Shown one piece after another: positions 14,343-20,000 of a stretch of DNA of 20,000 nucleotides; position 1 is the first letter of the stretch; every line of letters starts with the position of its first letter. The notes under the pieces were generated by a model that saw only the letters and a program-made list of their open reading frames with translations, was not told the origin of the DNA and ran no database searches. Source of the DNA: an uncultured virus (IMG/VR IMGVR_UViG_3300003324_000404) (taxonomy: Duplodnaviria; Heunggongvirae; Uroviricota; Caudoviricetes); IMG/VR virus record IMGVR_UViG_3300003324_000404. One strand, given 5' to 3'. A program made the position numbers and the translations under genes.

Positions 14343-16766
14343 CTATGCAGGGTCGTAGTACAGGCGAATTGCGAAATACGCGATGTCGATGTGTGCTGTT
14401 CCCACACCCAAGCCGGGCCTGAAATCATCACACCAGATTCGGTTTGCAGGAATTTGAGTTCCTGGAATTCCTGTTAGTCTCGACAAGACCTCGTCAGCAG
14501 AACATTCGACTTCTCCGAAAGATCCCACAGGAATATCGTTGAAGACGAACTCGCTTGGGGCCGAAGAGTTTCCAGAACTGTTTGTCACACCAGATGACTC
14601 GCAGTAAAGGAATGGTACAGTCGTTGGCGCCGGGAAATATCCGGCATACGGACTGAAAGCCGAACCATCGTTCGAAGATCTCCGCGCAATCACAACATAG
14701 TGCGCCTTAGTCAACACATAGCCTGGCGGAGTAGCCGGCATGTAGATGTTGACGTTGGATGGAGCTGTTCCCGTGTCTGTTTCTCCGAAATACTCAGGTG
14801 CATACCGCTCGTCGTGAGTGACAGTTACATAAGTAGACGTGTCTGGAGTGCCCATTTCGTCGAATGCTCCTCCACCACCAGGACCTGTAGCATCCCAAGC
14901 AGGTAGGTCGAGAGTGAACGACTCCAACGGTGCCTCCTCGAAGCAGTTTGCCAGGAATCTTGAGTTATCCAGAACTACCTCTGCCGTGACTTCGGAATCC
15001 CCCACATAGCCCGCATCGTTCTCGATGAAGGCTTGCGGGTCGATGCTTGGCGTCAAATTTCGATCGAGCAAGTAGGTAACCGAACCGGCATCGCGCTCCC
15101 AGACTTTTACATTGGCTGCGCCCCAGGTCCAATACACCCTGGCCCTGTACCAAGTCTCGTATTCGATGCTGAACGTCACATCGGCGGGGGTGGTGGTTCC
15201 TTCGTCTCGCCAAGCAACTACCGGGAGATGTCCTGCGTCGATCTCGACTTGAAGACTTCCCGGAATATCCCCATCAAACGCCATAACTTTCTTTGTGTCG
15301 CCAATCGCTGTTGACTTGAGCGCCACGCTCTTGACTTTGAAGTCGATGAAGGAGGTAAACGCCTGCTCGAGATAGTCGGTGTGTCCCGCATTCCAGATCA
15401 TCTTCTTGATCCAACCCTGATCCGTATCGGGATACGCTCGCAGGTAGAAGTCGCCATCCGTCAAGTTGAGGATGACGATCTTCGCCTCGTAGACACGGAC
15501 TTCCACAGGAAGTTCCGCCGGATCCGAATTGAAGTTGGAAGCCCCACGGAAGTTCATGAAAGCTCCGGCCTCGAGAGCGGCCACAACATCAGCCTCTGTC
15601 GAGTTAACCCACGCGTCCATGCGAAGAGGAACGACGTAGTCTGTGGGGGTACCACTCACGTCGGTCAACTTGAATGCCATTCCCTCTTGAGCACCGTCAG
15701 AGAAACCGCCAACAGCTTCCAAACCCTCGACGTCGGTCGAGATGTGCACTTGAGCCTCGGCATCGACATTGTCGGGATCGTCTGGGTTCACAAGCCCATC
15801 GATGGACATGCGAATATGCAGCTCGATCTTGCTACCGACTGCATATCCTCCAGTTAAGGGCGGGATCGGGAACGTGTACCCAAGATCGCCCTCACCAGAC
15901 GTGACGTACGTAGTATCATCATCGTCCGCCAGCACATCTCCTGTGCCGACGATAGTAGGAGTCGCAGCCGAGCCATTGTCCTCCATGTCGACCCCGAGAA
16001 TGGGGATTTCCGTGATGTCAAGGCCGTTGTTCACGATTCCAAAGACAGTGACCTCTGTGTCGTTCTCAACGTCTTCATCCGTTTCGTCAATCGGAAGGCC
16101 GGGGTTGTAGCTGTTGAAGTCGTCCACAAGGTTGATGCAAGACTCCTCCTCGGTCGGAGGGGGCGGCGGACCCACCGACAGTGCATTACACGGCGGAAGT
16201 GTTCCTCCGAGAATGGTGTTCAGGAGCGCGTCAACGTCAGCTTCTCTCGAGTCGAACGTGTAGTACGACCAAATACCACATGCTGGGGTTGTCTTGATCG
16301 TAATCGATCGAGACTCCGGAGTCGAGACGTCAGTCTTGGTCTGATACGAACGACCAGAAGGCTGTGCCTGAGCGTTGTAGACAATGTGCAGCCGGTAGCC
16401 CAGATTCTCGGTCTCATCGTTGCCGATTTGCGTGACCCAAGCCAGATTGAACTTGATGCGAGGGTTCTGGTGAGTGTACATGCCCGGATAGTCGGTCGAC
16501 TCGTAGACACCTTCGCACTGAAGAAAGGCCTTTGGCGTATTTACGCACTGAATTTCGGCAGAGAACTCGTCTGCCTCAATCTTCTCGTAGTAGATTACGC
16601 CGTCAAAGTACCATTTCTCCGAGTCGTTCTCCGTCGTCGGATTGATGTTGACTCCGGTGAAGCCGTTCCAGACATAAGCCCCGCCTGTATGAGGGAACAG
16701 AACAGCCTTGGAGGAACCGTACTCGTAGGTACGTTCGCCGGTAGCGTCGTGAACGAGCTCTGTCAT
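14343..16766 (-). CDS. tail protein: N-terminal major-tail paralog fused to a long acidic C-terminal region
   Basis: The N-terminus MTELVHDATGERTYEYG...WNGFTGV aligns by eye with the major tail MTKVTWDGTGERKFETG...WNGLTTV, followed by a PPPPP linker. Confidence 0.8.
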   Translation of the reverse strand: MTELVHDATGERTYEYGSSKAVLFPHTGGAYVWNGFTGVNINPTTENDSEKWYFDGVIYYEKIEADEFSAEIQCVNTPKAFLQCEGVYESTDYPGMYTHQNPRIKFNLAWVTQIGNDETENLGYRLHIVYNAQAQPSGRSYQTKTDVSTPESRSITIKTTPACGIWSYYTFDSREADVDALLNTILGGTLPPCNALSVGPPPPPTEEESCINLVDDFNSYNPGLPIDETDEDVENDTEVTVFGIVNNGLDITEIPILGVDMEDNGSAATPTIVGTGDVLADDDDTTYVTSGEGDLGYTFPIPPLTGGYAVGSKIELHIRMSIDGLVNPDDPDNVDAEAQVHISTDVEGLEAVGGFSDGAQEGMAFKLTDVSGTPTDYVVPLRMDAWVNSTEADVVAALEAGAFMNFRGASNFNSDPAELPVEVRVYEAKIVILNLTDGDFYLRAYPDTDQGWIKKMIWNAGHTDYLEQAFTSFIDFKVKSVALKSTAIGDTKKVMAFDGDIPGSLQVEIDAGHLPVVAWRDEGTTTPADVTFSIEYETWYRARVYWTWGAANVKVWERDAGSVTYLLDRNLTPSIDPQAFIENDAGYVGDSEVTAEVVLDNSRFLANCFEEAPLESFTLDLPAWDATGPGGGGAFDEMGTPDTSTYVTVTHDERYAPEYFGETDTGTAPSNVNIYMPATPPGYVLTKAHYVVIARRSSNDGSAFSPYAGYFPAPTTVPFLYCESSGVTNSSGNSSAPSEFVFNDIPVGSFGEVECSADEVLSRLTGIPGTQIPANRIWCDDFRPGLGVGTAHIDIAYFAIRLYYDPA

Positions 16767-16774
16767 GGTGCCTC

Positions 16775-17314
16775 CTAACCTTTCGATCCGAGCGCTGCAC
16801 GGCGCTGAGCGTTGAGCCTCATCATCTCAGCTCGGCGATCACGAGCACTCTGCTTGACGGGCTTGTTGTCGGCTTTGACGCTGTGAACCTTGATCAGCGT
16901 CAGAAGTTTGTTGAGGTGCCAGTACTGGGCCTGCCAGTCGATCTGGAACCCACTCATCCAATAGTAGACGAGTTCAGCAGTGATTGCCTCACCGCTTTTG
17001 GCTTCGGGTCGTTGGGAGAACCACGTAGCCGATGCTTTCTTCTCCAGATACTCAGAAACCTGTATTTGTTGTTCTTCCGTGAGCTTCCAGAAAACCTCCG
17101 GAGGCACATTGGGAGTCAAACACATGCATTCCAAGTACGAAACGCTTTGTTCGTCCGTTTTGTCAGGAGTTGACAGAAGAGGAAGTTCCCATTTCTCTTC
17201 CCATTTTGACAGAGAGGCCAGAGAATGCTCTAGCTCGATGTCGATTGTCTCGACGAGAAACTTGTTGTTCTCTTCGTCGTACTCTTGAGACAGTTCGATT
17301 GTGAGTTTGAGCAT
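16775..17314 (-). CDS. tail assembly chaperone-like protein
   Basis: Start at MLKLTIE after AAGGGAG; 'LEHSLASLSKWE' and 'WHLNKLLTLI' motifs; lies after the major tail gene. Confidence 0.75.
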   Translation of the reverse strand: MLKLTIELSQEYDEENNKFLVETIDIELEHSLASLSKWEEKWELPLLSTPDKTDEQSVSYLECMCLTPNVPPEVFWKLTEEQQIQVSEYLEKKASATWFSQRPEAKSGEAITAELVYYWMSGFQIDWQAQYWHLNKLLTLIKVHSVKADNKPVKQSARDRRAEMMRLNAQRRAALGSKG

Positions 17315-17333
17315 TCTCTGGCTCCCTTCTCGA

Positions 17334-18224
17334 TCAGTAGTCGAACGACCAGTCGTCGTTGCCCACCAGGTTGTAGCCAGCCTGAGCGTGAGCAGTGACG
17401 TGAGCCGTCTCGCCCGTGCTGAGTGCCGGCTGCGCACCCGGAGTCTTGTTGACGCCGTTGATCTTCCACTGCACACCGGTCACCGTCGGCAGGGTCACCA
17501 CGTGGGTGCCGCTGTTGTAGGTGGGCTGGTTGGCAGCAACGCCCAGGTTGACATCGGTGAGACCGGCGCCGCCCATGGCGTTCAGGACCTCATCCGGGGT
17601 GGGCATACGAGGGTCGTCTGCCACCGTTCCCTGAACGATGTCCAGGAGATCTGCCAGCAGGTCCTGATCGACCGTCGGGTCGGTGCTGTCGATCGTGAGC
17701 AGGCTGGTCGGCCTCAGACCAAGGGCAATGAAGTCCTCGTCCGTGAAGGCCACCGGAGTGGACTCGAACTCCCACGAGAAGTTGGTCATCTCGGGGCTGT
17801 CGTTGACCGTCGCGTACGCCTTCTCCGACGGAGAGGTGGTGTTGTTGTACGCGAAGTGGTGCTTGAACCCCGCGTCGGGGTCAACATCGTCGCCCACCTT
17901 CGTCCTGTAGTACAGGTCGAAGGGCTTGCGGGCCTGCTGGCCCACAGCGACACCGTTGACGACCTTGAAGCCGTCGCACTCGAGGAACTCGTCGGGGCAC
18001 ATGTATGCCTCGATCGTTCCGCCGAACGTCTCGGCTGCGCGAATCGCGCCGTACACGATGTTGTCCGCGTACGTCTTGGTGTTGTCGGCGCCCGCAGGCG
18101 TCTCGGTGACAGTGGTGAGACCGTTCCAGGCTACACCGTCGCCACCACTCGGGAAGAGGATGCCGTGATCGCAGCCCGTTTCGAACTTGCGCTCACCGGT
18201 ACCATCCCAGGTGACCTTCGTCAT
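17334..18224 (-). CDS. major tail protein with C-terminal Ig-like extension
   Basis: Motifs WNGLTTVTETP, YADNIVY and SPSEKAYATVNDSPE; strong AGGAGG RBS; highly biased codons. Confidence 0.9.
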   Translation of the reverse strand: MTKVTWDGTGERKFETGCDHGILFPSGGDGVAWNGLTTVTETPAGADNTKTYADNIVYGAIRAAETFGGTIEAYMCPDEFLECDGFKVVNGVAVGQQARKPFDLYYRTKVGDDVDPDAGFKHHFAYNNTTSPSEKAYATVNDSPEMTNFSWEFESTPVAFTDEDFIALGLRPTSLLTIDSTDPTVDQDLLADLLDIVQGTVADDPRMPTPDEVLNAMGGAGLTDVNLGVAANQPTYNSGTHVVTLPTVTGVQWKINGVNKTPGAQPALSTGETAHVTAHAQAGYNLVGNDDWSFDY

Positions 18225-18233
18225 TCTTCCTCC

Positions 18234-18560
18234 TTAGAAGAACAAGGTGAAAACATCGTGGTTGAGGTTGTCTGCCGGGAACGACCTGTCGTGTCGAGCT
18301 CTGGGCAGCGATGCCAACAGGTCATACCAAGGACCCTCGGGATCCTCGTCAATTGCTGTCAGCGTGTACCGCTTTTGATGGCGGAATGGTGCATTGTCGG
18401 CGAACGAGGTGTCCCCTGTGTTTCGCCCGATCGTGATACAGGGGTACGTCATCTTCAACCCCGCAGGAGGCTGGATGTATAGCGCAGGCTTCGCTGGCAA
18501 AATATCTTGATCGACGAGAGCTCCAAAGATCTCGTCAAGATACGCTCGCAACTGGTCCAT
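18234..18560 (-). CDS. tail terminator protein
   Basis: 'YIQPP...MTYPCI' and 'DNLNHDVFTLFF' motifs; AGGAGGTG RBS before the ATG at 18560; precedes the major tail gene. Confidence 0.75.
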   Translation of the reverse strand: MDQLRAYLDEIFGALVDQDILPAKPALYIQPPAGLKMTYPCITIGRNTGDTSFADNAPFRHQKRYTLTAIDEDPEGPWYDLLASLPRARHDRSFPADNLNHDVFTLFF

Positions 18561-18867
18561 TGTATACACCTCCTAGCCTGAGGAGTAGGCGGGGATGTTG
18601 GACTTCCACAGAGGGAACTTTCCACTTTTTCCCCGCCCACTCAACGTAGACGATGGCGAAGAAATTCTCGTTGGCAAATGCATCCGCCAAAATCTCGATA
18701 AGGTTCTCGACATCGATCTCGTCGTTAACCTTGTCCTCAGTGCGGGTCTGGCGTGCAGCTCTCTTGACGTCTCCGAAATATGATCTCTCGGTGACGACAT
18801 CCTTCCACACGCCAGGCCGCACTTCGGTCGAGACGGCAAATCCGACCTTGCCGGCGAATCTTGCCAT
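18535..18867 (-). CDS. head-to-tail stopper/connector
   Basis: 110 aa directly after the capsid gene; 'WAGKKWKVPSVEVQHPRLLLRLGGVYNG' pattern. Confidence 0.75.
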   Translation of the reverse strand: MARFAGKVGFAVSTEVRPGVWKDVVTERSYFGDVKRAARQTRTEDKVNDEIDVENLIEILADAFANENFFAIVYVEWAGKKWKVPSVEVQHPRLLLRLGGVYNGPVASVS

Positions 18868-18879
18868 CAGCTACTCCGA

Positions 18880-20000
18880 TCAGGCAGTGCGAGTGAAGCT
18901 CCAGGTCGCGTCGAAGTTGTGCGGGAAGTAGTACCCGGCGTTCGGGTATGCCCTCACGTACAGCGTGTCGCCCACCGAGAGGGCCGACTGCGCACCAGAC
19001 GACAGAGTCGCGTTGGTCTCGTCGTTCTTGTAGGTCACGTTCGCGGTGCTCGGGATCGTCACCACACCAGTGGAGTTGACGAACGTCGGAACACCCGGAG
19101 TGACCTCGGTGCCGTTGGCACGGACGAGGGCCAGAGCCGCCTTGTACTTGGTCAGAGCACCGGAGATCCGGGTCTCGATCAGGTACTTGTACTGGTTGTA
19201 GTCGATGTCGAAGTCGTCGAACAGGCCGATGGCCGCACCCTTGTCCGCACCGACGGTGTAGTCGATCAGGTTGACGATGAGCCCGAGCAGCTCGCCGTCG
19301 TCCGTCTGCACACCCTCCATGACCTCGACGGTCACGATGTTCTTCACACGAAGAGCGACAGCCACGTCGTTCTCGGTCGGGTAGAGGCGACGCCCCATCC
19401 GGTCCTTCTCGAGGAGGAAGTTGGCCAGCTCGTCGTCGGTGGTGTAGAACGTCGGGTTGCCCGAGCCCTTGTAGTACTTCCTGGCGCGCAGGATGTACTC
19501 CACCTTGTCGTCCACGGTCGACTCGGCCGGAACGATGACCTTGTGGGTGTAGACGTCGTCGTCGAACGCGATCGGACGGATGCCTGCGCCGTCGCCGGCG
19601 GTCGGGGGCTCCTTGATCTTGTCCTCGTCGTCCACCTCACGGCCGTCACCCACGAGGATCGCACGAGCGATCTCCTCGTCGAGCATGACGCGCATCTCGG
19701 CCTTCATCCAGGCCACCACGTCGATGTCGGTGATGTCGAGGATGTCGTCGCGGTCGAGCTTCTGCTTCTTGTAGATGGTGGCCGGCGTGGTGACGCGCTT
19801 CGACAGCGTGAACCACTCGTCCTTCTTCAGGCTGCCCTTGGCGTAACCCTTGGCACGCGCCTCGTCGGCGGTGATGTCGGCCAGCATGGTCTTGACCCGG
19901 CTGAAGGGGGAGTGGCGAACGCCGTTGAGGACACCATCGACCCACTCGGTGCGACGCTTGATGAACTCAGGCGAGGGAACAGGTAGTCGATGTTCTCGAT
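18880..20000 (-). CDS. major capsid protein (5' part outside the window)
   Basis: The frame is open to the window edge. Motifs 'DITADEARAKGY', 'IYKKQKLDRDD' and 'DDFDIDYNQYKYLIETRISGAL'; highly biased codons; upstream of the head-tail genes. Confidence 0.9.
   Translation of the reverse strand, partial: REHRLPVPSPEFIKRRTEWVDGVLNGVRHSPFSRVKTMLADITADEARAKGYAKGSLKKDEWFTLSKRVTTPATIYKKQKLDRDDILDITDIDVVAWMKAEMRVMLDEEIARAILVGDGREVDDEDKIKEPPTAGDGAGIRPIAFDDDVYTHKVIVPAESTVDDKVEYILRARKYYKGSGNPTFYTTDDELANFLLEKDRMGRRLYPTENDVAVALRVKNIVTVEVMEGVQTDDGELLGLIVNLIDYTVGADKGAAIGLFDDFDIDYNQYKYLIETRISGALTKYKAALALVRANGTEVTPGVPTFVNSTGVVTIPSTANVTYKNDETNATLSSGAQSALSVGDTLYVRAYPNAGYYFPHNFDATWSFTRTA

Noticed and set aside
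16775..17314. Programmed frameshift in the tail assembly chaperone
   Set aside because: It is a single continuous ORF, with no overlapping second frame or convincing slippery site identified.
9751..19986. Long plus-strand ORFs (e.g. 11794-12939, 17301-18482, 18919-19986, and similarly 166-693)
   Set aside because: These are antisense shadows of codon-biased minus-strand genes in high-GC DNA.

Overview
A 20 kb segment of a high-GC, actinobacteriophage-like siphovirus genome, with every credible gene on the minus strand. Read from 20000 towards 1, it holds a virion module: major capsid (partial), head-tail connectors, major tail, tail chaperone, an 807-aa tail-tube paralog fusion, tape measure, distal tail and hub proteins, then membrane proteins and a holin (to ~6190). 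An unusual accessory array follows (~6181-2839), and then a run of small conserved phage genes. The array has 13 tandem units, plus one outlying copy at 1118-1144. Each unit starts with a fixed-length 27-bp motif, TCGC-N8-C-N6-TATAAT-GA. Ten units carry one small protein gene with its own RBS and terminator. The last three carry no credible gene but fold by eye into closed multi-hairpin RNAs of about 128, 101 and 52 nt, whose closing stems begin at the same motif position. The largest contains a perfect tRNA T-arm and ends in UCCA. This repeat-punctuated array of small genes and ncRNAs is the main candidate novel system. Product names come from recalled family resemblance and synteny, not from database searches.
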